Shown piece after piece: positions 46,598 through 56,823 of a stretch of DNA of 64,000 nucleotides; positions within the stretch are counted from its first letter, which is position 1, and each line of letters starts with the position of its first letter. The DNA is from Patescibacteria group bacterium. Lineage in GTDB: Bacteria > Patescibacteriota > Patescibacteriia > UM-FILTER-42-10. Under the pieces are notes generated by a model. It worked only from the letters and a program-made list of their open reading frames with translations. It did no database searches and was not told the DNA's origin. The stretch covers positions 997-64,996 of the forward strand of contig JAHJEX010000074.1 of assembly GCA_018825385.1 (NCBI GenBank), written 5' to 3'. A program made the translations under genes and the position numbers.

Positions 46598-46879
46598 ATG
46601 AAGAAGACTTTATATATAATATTATCAACGGTTTTAGGAATCATAGTCAGTTTTTTATTTCACGCAATCATTGAATACATATTTATTAGGTCAACCGAAG
46701 ATAGTGCAATAACTTGGAATAGTAGCTTTGGAATTGGTAGTTGTGCACTACCTGAATGGCTCCAATATTCTTTGCTGGGGATCGGAATTGTTAGTGGTAT
46801 AATAGTTGGTTTTTGCTGGTGGAATATCGTATATATTCAAAAACGTCATTGGCGGAATAAAAAACATAAAGCAGACTGA
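46598..46879 (+). CDS. Hypothetical 2-TM small membrane protein
   Basis: 93-aa ORF packed in the operon, with two hydrophobic helices. Confidence 0.7.
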   Translation: MKKTLYIILSTVLGIIVSFLFHAIIEYIFIRSTEDSAITWNSSFGIGSCALPEWLQYSLLGIGIVSGIIVGFCWWNIVYIQKRHWRNKKHKAD

Positions 46880-46904
46880 TTTACTTATAATTAACATTAA
46901 ATAA

Positions 46905-47681
46905 ATGGACTTTTTTACCACATTTCTAAGTTTTGCGATAGCGTTTAGTTTTATACTTGGTTTCATTCTATTGATATCGATCCGACAAGTGAATCAGTAC
47001 GAACGCGGATTGAAGTTTATGCTTGGAAAGTACAGACTAACAGCAATGCCGGGATGGCGACTGATCATTCCTGTTATTCAGTCAATGACCAAGGTTGATA
47101 TTAGAGTAAAAGCTGTAGATGTACCTGACCAGGATGCCATTACAAAAGATAACGTTTCGGTTAATGTGAATGCTGTACTTTACTACAAAGTTATTAGTGC
47201 AGAAAAGGCAATTTTGGAAGTCGAAAATTTCTATTACGCGGTCTCTCAACTAGCACAAACAACCATGCGGGATGTGGTAGGAGAGGTTGATCTAGATGAA
47301 CTTCTAACAAAGAGGGATCAAATTTCAGATAGAATTCAACAAATCGTGGACGAAGCAACTGACCCATGGGGTATTCAAGTTGTTTCCGTTGATTTGAAGC
47401 ACATTGAACTTCCAAAAGACATGCAGCGCACAATTGCAAAGCAAGCAGAAGCTGAGCGTGAAAGAAGAGCAGTGATAATAAAAGCCGAAGGAGAGGTGGC
47501 TGCTGCGGATAATATGTCAAAAGCAGCAAAAGTACTTGCAGAGTCGGACGGTGCACTACATTTAAGAACTCTTCAATCGATAAATGATCTTTCCTCAGAT
47601 CAGTCAAATACAGTCATTTTTGCTCTTCCGCTTGAAGTATTAAGAGCATTTGAATCTATGTCTAAAGATAAGAATAAATAG
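46905..47681 (+). CDS. SPFH/stomatin (slipin) family protein
   Basis: QYERG, ITKDNVSV.V.AV, LAQTT.R, AKQAEAERERRA and LRTLQ motifs. Confidence 0.93.
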   Translation: MDFFTTFLSFAIAFSFILGFILLISIRQVNQYERGLKFMLGKYRLTAMPGWRLIIPVIQSMTKVDIRVKAVDVPDQDAITKDNVSVNVNAVLYYKVISAEKAILEVENFYYAVSQLAQTTMRDVVGEVDLDELLTKRDQISDRIQQIVDEATDPWGIQVVSVDLKHIELPKDMQRTIAKQAEAERERRAVIIKAEGEVAAADNMSKAAKVLAESDGALHLRTLQSINDLSSDQSNTVIFALPLEVLRAFESMSKDKNK

Positions 47682-47704
47682 AATAACAATAAAGTTAGCT
47701 AAGA

Positions 47705-49411
47705 ATGAAAAAGCTTATTACAATTGTAATATTTGTTTGCATAGTCGTGCTGATGCCATCGGTCACATACTCGGTTTATGACAATATAAGCAATTTTGAT
47801 GCGCAAATATTCGTTAATAAAGACTCAAGCATAACAGTCCAGGAAACAATAATATACGATTTTGGTGACGAGAATCGCCATGGCATTTATAGAGACATCC
47901 CAATTCAGTATAAAGCTCGAGGAGGTAATTATAAACTTAGAGTATCAAATACATCAGTAACTGATGAAAACGGAAGCGCATATAATTATGAAATATCATA
48001 TCCCGGAGAATATATTAGGCTAAAAATTGGCGACGCTGACATTTATATCACTGGGGAGCATGAATATGTAATAACATACAGCGTAAAACGGGCTCTCAAC
48101 TATTTTGAGGAGTGGGATGAACTATATTGGAATGTAACAGGAAATGAGTGGCCTGGTCCAATTGATAGTGCTACGGCAACAATATATTTTGAGGATGCTG
48201 TTGCATCAAACGACATAAAGACAGACTGTTTTGCCGGATATTTGGGCTATGATGATAAATGTTTTTCTGAACGAATTGTTGAAGAAACTGATGGAACTCT
48301 TTTGGGTATAGAATTCGTGCACAAAAACCTTTCCGTAAGTGAGGGATTGACAATTGTTGTAGGATTTCCTAAGGGCTTAGTAACTCCACCAACAACTTAT
48401 GAAAAATTAATTGATTATTTTCGTGATAATGGAATTCTTTTTCTACCGATATTCGTATTGGGATTAATGATTTATTTATGGAGAGCAAAAGGCCGAGATC
48501 CCAAAGGTAGAGGAACGGTAGTAGCGCAGTATGAAGCGCCGGATAATCTAACTGCTGCTGAAGTAGGTATAATAATAGATGAAAAAGTACAAAGAAAGGA
48601 TGTATCTGCTCAGATAATTCAATTCGCTGTAAATGGCAACCTAAAAATAGTTAAAGGCGACAAAAAAGATGACTATACGTTTGTAAAACTTACGGATAAA
48701 GGAGTTTTGAAAACAAAGTTTGAAAGAGATTTGTATGAAGGAATATTTGGTAAGGATACCAAGGTAAAACTATCTAAGCTAAAAAATAGCTTCTACAAAG
48801 ATTATCCGAAAGTCACGGATAAACTATATAAAGAAACTGTAGAAAAGGGATATTTTTCAAAAAACCCAAAAAATGTAAGATCATCTTATAACGGCACTGG
48901 AGCGCTATTGTTCATTATTGGTTTCTTTACCGGTTTCCTTGGAGCATTCTACAGCATAGCATTTATTACATCAGGAATAATTGTGATGATTTTCAGTTTA
49001 TTTATGCCTTCAAAAACACTTAAAGGAACTCATGCGCGTGAGCATATATTAGGACTTAAGACCTATCTATCAGTTGCAGAAAAAGATAGGATAAAGTTCC
49101 ATAATGCACCGGAAAAGAATCCTGAACATTTTGACAAACTCCTTCCATATGCAATGGTGCTTGGAGTTGAAAAAGAATGGGCTAATCAGTTTGAGGATAT
49201 ATACAAACAACCGCCATCTTGGTATGAAGGACCAGCAGGATCACATTTTGGGGCATTATATTTAGTAAATAGTTTAAATAGTTTTCAGACGAGTGCCAAT
49301 ACTACGCTCACCTCAAGACCGTCGTCCGCATCAAGTGGAGGAAGTGGTTTTTCCGGTGGCGGTGGTTTTTCTGGCGGTGGATTTGGAGGCGGCGGAGGCG
49401 GTAGCTGGTAA
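47705..49411 (+). CDS. DUF2207 family membrane protein
   Basis: HGIYRDIP, ELYWNVTG.EW and LPYAMVLGV motifs; Gly-rich GGGFGGGGGGSW C-terminus. Confidence 0.9.
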   Translation: MKKLITIVIFVCIVVLMPSVTYSVYDNISNFDAQIFVNKDSSITVQETIIYDFGDENRHGIYRDIPIQYKARGGNYKLRVSNTSVTDENGSAYNYEISYPGEYIRLKIGDADIYITGEHEYVITYSVKRALNYFEEWDELYWNVTGNEWPGPIDSATATIYFEDAVASNDIKTDCFAGYLGYDDKCFSERIVEETDGTLLGIEFVHKNLSVSEGLTIVVGFPKGLVTPPTTYEKLIDYFRDNGILFLPIFVLGLMIYLWRAKGRDPKGRGTVVAQYEAPDNLTAAEVGIIIDEKVQRKDVSAQIIQFAVNGNLKIVKGDKKDDYTFVKLTDKGVLKTKFERDLYEGIFGKDTKVKLSKLKNSFYKDYPKVTDKLYKETVEKGYFSKNPKNVRSSYNGTGALLFIIGFFTGFLGAFYSIAFITSGIIVMIFSLFMPSKTLKGTHAREHILGLKTYLSVAEKDRIKFHNAPEKNPEHFDKLLPYAMVLGVEKEWANQFEDIYKQPPSWYEGPAGSHFGALYLVNSLNSFQTSANTTLTSRPSSASSGGSGFSGGGGFSGGGFGGGGGGSW

Positions 49412-49413
49412 AT

Positions 49414-49441
49414 TTGTCAGAATCAATCCTAAAGTTATACT
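49414..49441 (+). promoter_or_regulatory. Putative sigma-70 promoter of the Cys-rich micropeptide gene
   Basis: TTGTCA-16 nt-TATACT. Confidence 0.5.
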
Positions 49442-49477
49442 GACCGAGCATTTAAATACTAATCCTACGGAGGTTAT

Positions 49478-49531
49478 ATGACAGACGCATGTCCATCATG
49501 TGGAAACAATCCTTGCACCTGCGGTAGTTAG
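49478..49531 (+). CDS. 17-aa Cys-rich micropeptide MTDACPSCGNNPCTCGS (metallothionein/zinc-knuckle-like)
   Basis: GGAGG SD at 49469-49473, ATG at 49478, TAG ending at 49531, flanked by a promoter and a terminator. Confidence 0.6.
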   Translation: MTDACPSCGNNPCTCGS

Positions 49532-49535
49532 TTTA

Positions 49536-49568
49536 AGTAAAGACCCCCCAAAAATGGGGGTTTTTACT
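49536..49568 (+). terminator. Rho-independent terminator
   Basis: AGTAAAGACCCCC(C)A-aaaa-TGGGGGTTTTTACT. Confidence 0.7.
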
Positions 49569-49614
49569 ATACATACAATTGCCAGAAGCAGCAAAATACC
49601 GTAAAATATGGATT

Positions 49615-50499
49615 ATGAAAGAAGATGTTGATCTATCCATATGCATTGTTACTTGGAATTCTGAGAATGATATAGCTGAATGCTTATCATCTATAGAACA
49701 CGCTAAAAAAAATCTCAATATCGAGGTTTTTGTTGCTGATAATGCCTCCTCAGATAACACTGCCAAAATTGTTAGTACTTCATTTCCGGAGATAATTCTT
49801 ATCCAAAATAGTAAGAATTATGGATTTGCTAAAGCAAATAATCAGGCGATCAGACGATCCAGCGGACGCTATGTTTTGCTTTTAAATCCTGACACTAGGG
49901 TCAGAAAATGCACATTCAAAGATGCAATTGACTATATGGAAGTTCGTAGCAAAATTGGGATTGTAGGATGTGCAATTAGTAATCTGGATGGCTCGCGGCA
50001 ATACTCTGTCAGAAAGTTCCCGTCGCTGACATCTCAAATTCTTATCCTTTGTAAGCTACATAACTTTTTCCCTAGCTTACCACCGCTAAAAAAATATTTT
50101 GCTCTTGACTTTGACTACGCAAAAGAACAAAGTGTAGACCAAGTAATGGGAGCGTTTATGTTAATACGTCGCAAATGTTTAGAGCAGGTGGGTTTGCTAG
50201 ACGAAAAATTCTGGATCTGGTTTGAAGATGTTGACTACTGCAAGCGCGCTATTAACCTCAATTGGAAAGTAATGTACACACCGAAATTCGAAATTGCTCA
50301 TAATCAAAGCCAGAGTTTCGCAAAACTATGGGCAGTGCAAGAACAAAGAGTATTTAACAAAAGCTTGCTATACTATATTCGAAAACACCGGGGTAATTTA
50401 TCATACAGGGTTTTGTTAATATTTGTACCGATTAGCATTATTCTTTCTACAATCGTCGGAATATTTGAGCCAAAAACCAGTAAAATAAAAGTTCAATGA
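49615..50499 (+). CDS. Glycosyltransferase family 2 (rhamnosyltransferase/WbbL-like)
   Basis: DNASSD, N.GFAKANN, LLNPD, GAFMLIR and FEDVDYC motifs. ATG at 49615 follows a TTGCCA-17-TAAAAT promoter. Confidence 0.92.
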   Translation: MKEDVDLSICIVTWNSENDIAECLSSIEHAKKNLNIEVFVADNASSDNTAKIVSTSFPEIILIQNSKNYGFAKANNQAIRRSSGRYVLLLNPDTRVRKCTFKDAIDYMEVRSKIGIVGCAISNLDGSRQYSVRKFPSLTSQILILCKLHNFFPSLPPLKKYFALDFDYAKEQSVDQVMGAFMLIRRKCLEQVGLLDEKFWIWFEDVDYCKRAINLNWKVMYTPKFEIAHNQSQSFAKLWAVQEQRVFNKSLLYYIRKHRGNLSYRVLLIFVPISIILSTIVGIFEPKTSKIKVQ

Positions 50500-52010
50500 A
50501 ATCAATTAGGATATTAGGAAGAACATTTGGCTATACGCTCCTATTTATAGCTTTGATTGAAACAATTTCTTATGCTGCGTACTTTTTTCCTGTGATTAAT
50601 ATGGCAGGATTTTTTGTACTAATTCTTGTTGCAGTGGGTTTAGCGATATGGAAAATCGAATATGGGGTCTATTTTATTTTGGCGGAATTAATTATTGGGT
50701 CGAAGGGTTATCTTTTCTTTTATGAAGTTGCCGATACATCTATTTCGCTCCGACTCGGATTATTTCTGTCGATTTTTGTTGTTTGGTTAATCCGTGAATT
50801 GATTAGCAGGAAGTTTAAATTTAAAAATATAGGACTTATTAAGTGGTACGGTGTTTTGTTATTTTTTGTTATAGTCGGAATTTTGGTCGGTTATTTTAAT
50901 GACAACCCGATAAAGGATATTTTTTATGATGTAAATGGCTGGTTATTTTTTGCACTATTACCAGTTTTTATTACAGCCATATCGAATGCAGGGCAGATAC
51001 AAAAAGTTCTTCAAGTTGCTTCGGCTGCAGTATCTGCAATGTTGTTCAAGACGGTACTGCTACTATTTGTGTTTTCACATCAGATCGAGTTTGTACTACC
51101 TAGTTTATACAAATGGGTGCGAACAACAGGTGTAGGGGAAATCACAAAAATGGATAACAATTTTTATAGAATATTTTTCCAAAGCCACATCTTTGCGCTA
51201 TTTGCATTTTTCATAGTTGCTATAATTATCATTAATGTCTCTAAAAAGCAGTTTAAAACTGGTGACTATATATTGTACTGGAGTCTCGGTTTTTTCTCTG
51301 CGCTGGTCACATTTATCAGTTATTCTAGAAGCTTTTGGGCGGCCGGTGTAGTGGGACTTGCATTTCTTATGTATACAGTACTTTTTATCATGAAGCTTTC
51401 GAAGAAAAAAACATTTCAAGTAGCTTTCGCATTTGTTGTTGTATTTTTTTCTGTTTATCTAGCTGCTCTGGTAATTATTAAATTCCCATGGCCTAATCCA
51501 TCAACTTTCAGTGGTGGGCTCATTGAAGAGAGAACAACGGGTGTTACTGAGGAATCAGCATCAGCAAGTCGGTTTAAATTATTGGGCCCGCTAGCCGACA
51601 AAATCCGCGAAAATCCGCTACTAGGATCTGGATTTGGGACATCTATTACTTACGAGACTTCAGATCCCAGAGCGTTAGAGGCAAGCCCGGACGGACTATT
51701 TACAACTTATTCATTTGAATGGGGATATTTGGATACCTGGATTGAAATGGGGATATTCGGACTAATTGCATATTTGTCATTATTAGTTGCGCTTTTCAGG
51801 TATGGATTAAAATTGTACAAAGAATATGTTCAAAACCCATTAGAAAGCTCCTTGATTCTTGGATTACTTACCGGATTAGTTGTATTGGCCGCTATTAATG
51901 TAACTACACCTTATTTAAATCACCCGTTGGGAATAGGATATATATTGCTTGCAACTGCAATTTTTGTTTCACTAAAAAAAAGTATTTCCACTGGGCAGGA
52001 TCAAACGTAA
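50496..52010 (+). CDS. O-antigen ligase/polymerase (Wzy_C) family membrane protein
   Basis: Multi-TM; SYSRSFW, NPLLGSGFG and GYL..W.EMG.FGL motifs. Confidence 0.82.
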   Translation: MKSIRILGRTFGYTLLFIALIETISYAAYFFPVINMAGFFVLILVAVGLAIWKIEYGVYFILAELIIGSKGYLFFYEVADTSISLRLGLFLSIFVVWLIRELISRKFKFKNIGLIKWYGVLLFFVIVGILVGYFNDNPIKDIFYDVNGWLFFALLPVFITAISNAGQIQKVLQVASAAVSAMLFKTVLLLFVFSHQIEFVLPSLYKWVRTTGVGEITKMDNNFYRIFFQSHIFALFAFFIVAIIIINVSKKQFKTGDYILYWSLGFFSALVTFISYSRSFWAAGVVGLAFLMYTVLFIMKLSKKKTFQVAFAFVVVFFSVYLAALVIIKFPWPNPSTFSGGLIEERTTGVTEESASASRFKLLGPLADKIRENPLLGSGFGTSITYETSDPRALEASPDGLFTTYSFEWGYLDTWIEMGIFGLIAYLSLLVALFRYGLKLYKEYVQNPLESSLILGLLTGLVVLAAINVTTPYLNHPLGIGYILLATAIFVSLKKSISTGQDQT

Positions 52011-52013
52011 CTC

Positions 52014-53024
52014 ATGATAAGTAAAACGCCTCGAGTTTCAATAGTTATTGTGACATGGAATAGTATAAAATATCTTCCGCCACTTTTTGATTCTATAGAA
52101 AATCAGACAAAAAGAGATTTTGAAATTATTGTAGTAGACAATGGATCTAGTGATAATTCTGTATCGTGGATTGAAAAAAATTATCCTGCAGCAAGAATTC
52201 TACGCAACAAAGCTAACCTAGGTTTTGCCGCAGCAAATAATCAAGGCATAAGAATGTCAGCAGCTCCGTATATTGTTTTGTGTAATACGGATATTGTAAT
52301 GGCTAAAAACTTTCTGGAAGAATTACACAAGGCTATGGATAATAACTCGAAGGCTGGATCAGTTGGCGGTAAACTATTAAAGTCTAGCTTAGACTTGAAT
52401 AACATAGGTGATTCTGATACTATTGACTCAACTGGAATTGTTCTTTATAAAAGCAGAAGGGCTATTGATCGTGGAGAGAATGATAAAGATACAGGTCAAT
52501 TTGATAACACAGGGGAAGTGTTTGGTATTTCTGCGGCCCTCATTATGTATCGCAAAGATGCTCTCGATGCAGTTGCCTTGAGTGGTCAATACTTTGATGA
52601 GAGCTTTTTTTCGTATAAGGAGGACGTTGATCTTGCGTGGCGACTTCGATTAGCTGGTTTTACTTCAGTCTATATTTCCACAGCTAAAGCATTGCATGCC
52701 AGGAATGCTGCCAGAAAGACTGATTTATCCGATATCGGAACAATAAAGAATAGGCAAGGAAAGTCTCCAACGGCAAAATATTTGTCCTATAGAAACCACC
52801 TCTACATATTAGTTAAGAATGAGGAGTGGAAAAATGTATTCTTAAACCCGGCTCTTGCTTGGTATGAATTGAAGAAGTTTATTTATTTGCTGTTTCGCGA
52901 ACCAACTTCACTGAAAGGGATATTAAGTTTTTATGCAAACCTTCCACAAATGCTAAAAAAGAGAAGGAGAATAAGAGACAAAACGATAATTAATCGAAAA
53001 ACTCTATCAAAGTGGTTCCAATGA
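52014..53024 (+). CDS. Glycosyltransferase family 2
   Basis: VDNGSSD, NLGFAAANN, NTD and FFSYKEDVDLAWR motifs. Confidence 0.92.
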   Translation: MISKTPRVSIVIVTWNSIKYLPPLFDSIENQTKRDFEIIVVDNGSSDNSVSWIEKNYPAARILRNKANLGFAAANNQGIRMSAAPYIVLCNTDIVMAKNFLEELHKAMDNNSKAGSVGGKLLKSSLDLNNIGDSDTIDSTGIVLYKSRRAIDRGENDKDTGQFDNTGEVFGISAALIMYRKDALDAVALSGQYFDESFFSYKEDVDLAWRLRLAGFTSVYISTAKALHARNAARKTDLSDIGTIKNRQGKSPTAKYLSYRNHLYILVKNEEWKNVFLNPALAWYELKKFIYLLFREPTSLKGILSFYANLPQMLKKRRRIRDKTIINRKTLSKWFQ

Positions 53025-53827
53025 AGCTATCTATAGTTATTCTTAATTACAAGTCTGAAGGGTTGGTTAGATATTGTTTAACGAACATTATTAAAGCTGA
53101 ATTGCGGATTAATTACGAGATTATAGTCGTTGATAATGCATCACCACACAGCGGGGTTCAGGAATTAAAAAATGAGTTTAAAACTGTTCGTTTTATAGAA
53201 CTTGAAACGAATAGGGGATTTAGTGCGGGTAATAATGCCGGAATGAAAGTAGCAAGGGGAGAATATGTTTCAATAATGAACCCTGATATTGTAGTTGCAC
53301 CTGGTTCACTAGAAAAATTAGTTAGTTTTATGGACGATAACCCTGATGTTGGTTGCGCTGGACCGAAATTAATGAATCCAGATGGAACAGTCCAAAATTC
53401 TTGTCTCAGATTTCCAATTGGGATTATGCCTTTTTATAGAAGAAGCCCATTAGGGAAGACAAAAAAAGGTCAACGATACCTTGAAAATTACTTGATGCAT
53501 GATTTTGACCATAATAGTAATATCCCAGTTGACTGGCTTTTTGGCGCATGTATTTTAGCAAGGAAATCGGCAATCGAAGATGTGGGCCTTTTGGATGAGG
53601 GATATTTCCTATATATTGGAGACACAGACTGGTGTAGGATGTTTTGGGAAAAGGGTCATAGGGTTTATTATGTTGCAGATTCAAAAATGATTCATTATCA
53701 TCATCGTGAATCTGCCACAAATCCCGGCATAACAGGGATATTCAATTACGTAACTAGGATTCATATTAAAGATTTTTTGCATTATGCCAGAAAATTCAAG
53801 GGAAAACCATTACCAACAAAAAACTAA
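53021..53827 (+). CDS. Glycosyltransferase family 2
   Basis: VDNAS, NRGFSAGNN, MNPD, VDWLFGAC and DTDWC motifs; ATGA overlap with the previous gene. Confidence 0.92.
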   Translation: MKLSIVILNYKSEGLVRYCLTNIIKAELRINYEIIVVDNASPHSGVQELKNEFKTVRFIELETNRGFSAGNNAGMKVARGEYVSIMNPDIVVAPGSLEKLVSFMDDNPDVGCAGPKLMNPDGTVQNSCLRFPIGIMPFYRRSPLGKTKKGQRYLENYLMHDFDHNSNIPVDWLFGACILARKSAIEDVGLLDEGYFLYIGDTDWCRMFWEKGHRVYYVADSKMIHYHHRESATNPGITGIFNYVTRIHIKDFLHYARKFKGKPLPTKN

Positions 53828-53843
53828 AAAGAAGAACAGCCAC

Positions 53844-55802
53844 ATGTCGAAAAAAAAACATTCAATGAACTTTGCAGGTAGAACCCGAAAGACAAAAAAA
53901 GGAAAGAACTTTTCAAAAAAATGGCTTTATTACGCTGGCGGAATTGTTGCTCTGATCGCAGTTCTTTTTGCGTTCCATTATCCATACGTTAAATCTGCTT
54001 ATGAATATGCCTTGGCCGGTCAAGAAGATTTTGTTAAAGCTCAAGGTGCTATTGGTGCACAGGATTTTAGTGGAGCAAAGAAAGCTTTAATTACTGCAGA
54101 AGAAAAGCTTAATAGTGCGAAAGACGATTTAAAAAAACTTGGTAAGTTTAAATTCATACCAATTGTTGGCAGGCAAATTAGGGCTGTAGAGAATATTTTA
54201 ACAGCAACAATTCAGCTAGGAACCGGTTTACAGGACCTCGCAGATTTAGGTGATGCTGTTTTTTCACCTCTAAACGAGAATGGCACGGCTGTTAGTTTAG
54301 CAAAAATCTCACCTGAACAAACTGAAGCAATTTTGAAAACAATTTATGAATCTCCGCCATTACTTCAGGGCGTAAAGGCTGATATAGATTTGGCTGTTGA
54401 TGCGATTAATAATATTCCAGATACCGGATTAATTGGATCAATCAAAAAGATTGTAACTCCGTTGAAGGAGCAATTACCTGCAATTCAGACAGGACTCGAA
54501 TTAGCAGTGCCTGCTGCAGAGGCAATCCCGCAAATAGCTGGTTATCCATCTGGAAAGACATATTTATTCTTACTGCAAAACAATACAGAATTAAGACCAA
54601 CAGGAGGTTTTATCGGGACATATGGAATATTGAAACTTGAAAATGGAGCAATAGAGCAGTTCAATACTGACAACATATATAATCTAGATACCCCATATCA
54701 TGGAACATTTCTTGCTGAGCCACCATGGCAGCTGGAAAAATATCTAAGTGCTGACAAATGGTTTATGCGTGACTCAAACTGGTCGCCGGACTTTCCAACA
54801 GCTGCCGAACAAGCTGAATGGTTCTATCATAAAGAGGGAGGCACTGAAGAAAAAATTGATGGTGTCATCGCCGTTACGCCAACATTTATTGAATCACTTA
54901 TCGCTTTGACAGGAGAAATTGAAGTAAATGGTGTAACTTTTACGTCTGACAATTTCATTGATACTCTTCAATATCAGGTTGAGCAGGGTTATTACCGACA
55001 AGGAATATCAGAATCAGAGAGAAAAGAAATAATCGGTGATTTGGCATCCAAATTATTGGACCAAGTCCTTGAATTGCCTTCTGACCGATGGTCTGATATG
55101 TGGGAAACATTTCAGAAGGATATAGCATCAAAACATATTCTTCTATACCTCAAAGACCAAGCTGTTCAGCAGTTAATTACCAAACAGGGCTGGGGTGGAA
55201 GCGTGCGTTCAGTTGACGGTGATTATTTTCTAGTAGTTGACGCAAATATGGCGAGCCTCAAATCTGATCCAGGAGTGTTAAGAACAATAAATTATGCGGT
55301 TGAGAAAAATGATGATGGCGATTATGTTGCCACATTGAAAATTCACTACAATAATCAAGGTACGTTTAATTGGAAATCAACTCGGTATCGAACATACACA
55401 AGAGTTTACGTGCCTCTAGGGAGTGAGTTAATAAATTATGAAGGTGTCATGGAGAATGATAAATTGCATGGCGGGGGATCTGGCGACGTCGAAATAGCTG
55501 AGGAATTTGATAAAACGATGTTTGGAGGATTTATATCCATCGAACCGCAAGAGCAAGGTGAACTGGTTTACACCTACAAGCTCCCGACTATAGTTTCGAA
55601 CCAAATCGATAATGATGAGTATACGCTATTTGCTCAAAAGCAAGCTGGAACAGCAGCATACGAACTTGTTGTAAATCTAGACTTTGACAAAAAGATTGAT
55701 TCATACACTCCTATTGACAAAGCAGTGCAAGATGGGCAAAATAGAGTGACTTTCCCAATTGATCTTGGGCAAGATCGTGAATTTAAGGTAATATTTAAGT
55801 AA
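53844..55802 (+). CDS. DUF4012 domain membrane-anchored protein
   Basis: YLFLLQNNTELRPTGGFIG, RDSNWSPDFP, IDGVIA and KQAG motifs; start codon uncertain (53784 or 53844). Confidence 0.85.
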   Translation: MSKKKHSMNFAGRTRKTKKGKNFSKKWLYYAGGIVALIAVLFAFHYPYVKSAYEYALAGQEDFVKAQGAIGAQDFSGAKKALITAEEKLNSAKDDLKKLGKFKFIPIVGRQIRAVENILTATIQLGTGLQDLADLGDAVFSPLNENGTAVSLAKISPEQTEAILKTIYESPPLLQGVKADIDLAVDAINNIPDTGLIGSIKKIVTPLKEQLPAIQTGLELAVPAAEAIPQIAGYPSGKTYLFLLQNNTELRPTGGFIGTYGILKLENGAIEQFNTDNIYNLDTPYHGTFLAEPPWQLEKYLSADKWFMRDSNWSPDFPTAAEQAEWFYHKEGGTEEKIDGVIAVTPTFIESLIALTGEIEVNGVTFTSDNFIDTLQYQVEQGYYRQGISESERKEIIGDLASKLLDQVLELPSDRWSDMWETFQKDIASKHILLYLKDQAVQQLITKQGWGGSVRSVDGDYFLVVDANMASLKSDPGVLRTINYAVEKNDDGDYVATLKIHYNNQGTFNWKSTRYRTYTRVYVPLGSELINYEGVMENDKLHGGGSGDVEIAEEFDKTMFGGFISIEPQEQGELVYTYKLPTIVSNQIDNDEYTLFAQKQAGTAAYELVVNLDFDKKIDSYTPIDKAVQDGQNRVTFPIDLGQDREFKVIFK

Positions 55803-56806
55803 TGTCCAGAAAAATTGGAATAGATCTTGGAACAGCAAATACGCTGGTTTATGTACCAAAGCGCGGTATTGTAATTAATGAACCATCGGTTGTTGCTATT
55901 TCTATTTCCGATAAAAAGGTTTTGGCAGTTGGCGTTGAAGCAAATGAAATGCTTGGTAGAACTCCCGATACCATCGTTGCATCTAGACCCCTAAAGGACG
56001 GCGTGATAGCTGATTATAAGACAACTGAAAGTATGCTGAGGTATTTTATTAACAAGGCGCTTGGTGGTGTCCGACTAGTCAGACCAGAGGTTATGATTGC
56101 AGTGCCGGCCGATATCACTTCGACTGAACGTCGTGCTGTAATTGATGCAACACTACAGGCTGGCGCTAAAGCAGCATATATTATTAAAGAACCAATTGCA
56201 GCAGCAATTGGATCAAATATACCTATTGGCTCTGCGTCTGGGCACATGATTATTGATATTGGGGGTGGTACCTCGGAAATTGCCGTAATTTCATTAGGAG
56301 GAATAGTTGCAAATAATTCGACGCGAACTGGTGGAAATAGATTTGACTATGCTATCGCAGAATATATTCGAAAAAAGTATAACTTAGCAATTGGGGAAAA
56401 AACTGCGGAGTTGTTAAAAATAAATATTGGATCCGCACTTCCATTAGACGATAAACTAACTAGTGATATTAGAGGCAGAGATATGGTAACAGGTCTGCCT
56501 CGCACTATTACTGCAACTAGTGACGATGTAACTGAAGCAATACAGGAGGAACTGAGAGCAATTGTTCTGGCTGTAAAAGATGTATTACAGGATACTCCAC
56601 CAGAGTTGGCTGCTGATATAATTGATAGAGGCATGGTGATTAGTGGTGGGGGAGGTTTGCTACGCAATATTGATAAACTTTTTGCGCGAACCACGGGTGT
56701 TCCGTCATACGTTGCAGATGATCCACTACTTGCAGTCGCTAAAGGTACGGGCATTGCACTGGAAAACCTGGAGTCCTATAAGCGCAGTATTTTAGAAACA
56801 AAATAA
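55802..56806 (+). CDS. mreB: Rod shape-determining actin homolog (MreB/Mbl paralog 1)
   Basis: GIDLGTANT, EPSVVA, RPLKDGVIAD, DIGGGTSE and GGGGLL motifs. Confidence 0.93.
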   Translation: MSRKIGIDLGTANTLVYVPKRGIVINEPSVVAISISDKKVLAVGVEANEMLGRTPDTIVASRPLKDGVIADYKTTESMLRYFINKALGGVRLVRPEVMIAVPADITSTERRAVIDATLQAGAKAAYIIKEPIAAAIGSNIPIGSASGHMIIDIGGGTSEIAVISLGGIVANNSTRTGGNRFDYAIAEYIRKKYNLAIGEKTAELLKINIGSALPLDDKLTSDIRGRDMVTGLPRTITATSDDVTEAIQEELRAIVLAVKDVLQDTPPELAADIIDRGMVISGGGGLLRNIDKLFARTTGVPSYVADDPLLAVAKGTGIALENLESYKRSILETK

Positions 56807-56823
56807 ATTCATTCTTAAAAAGC

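Noticed and set aside
49330-49411. GC-rich GGC/GGT low-complexity tract
   Set aside because: It encodes the normal glycine-rich C-terminus of DUF2207 proteins.
49293-49481. 62-aa ORF overlapping the DUF2207 end; also 49533..49766 on the minus strand
   Set aside because: The first is an alternative frame of the Gly-rich tail, and the second is antisense to the GT2 gene and terminator. The SD-led 17-aa ORF explains the region better.
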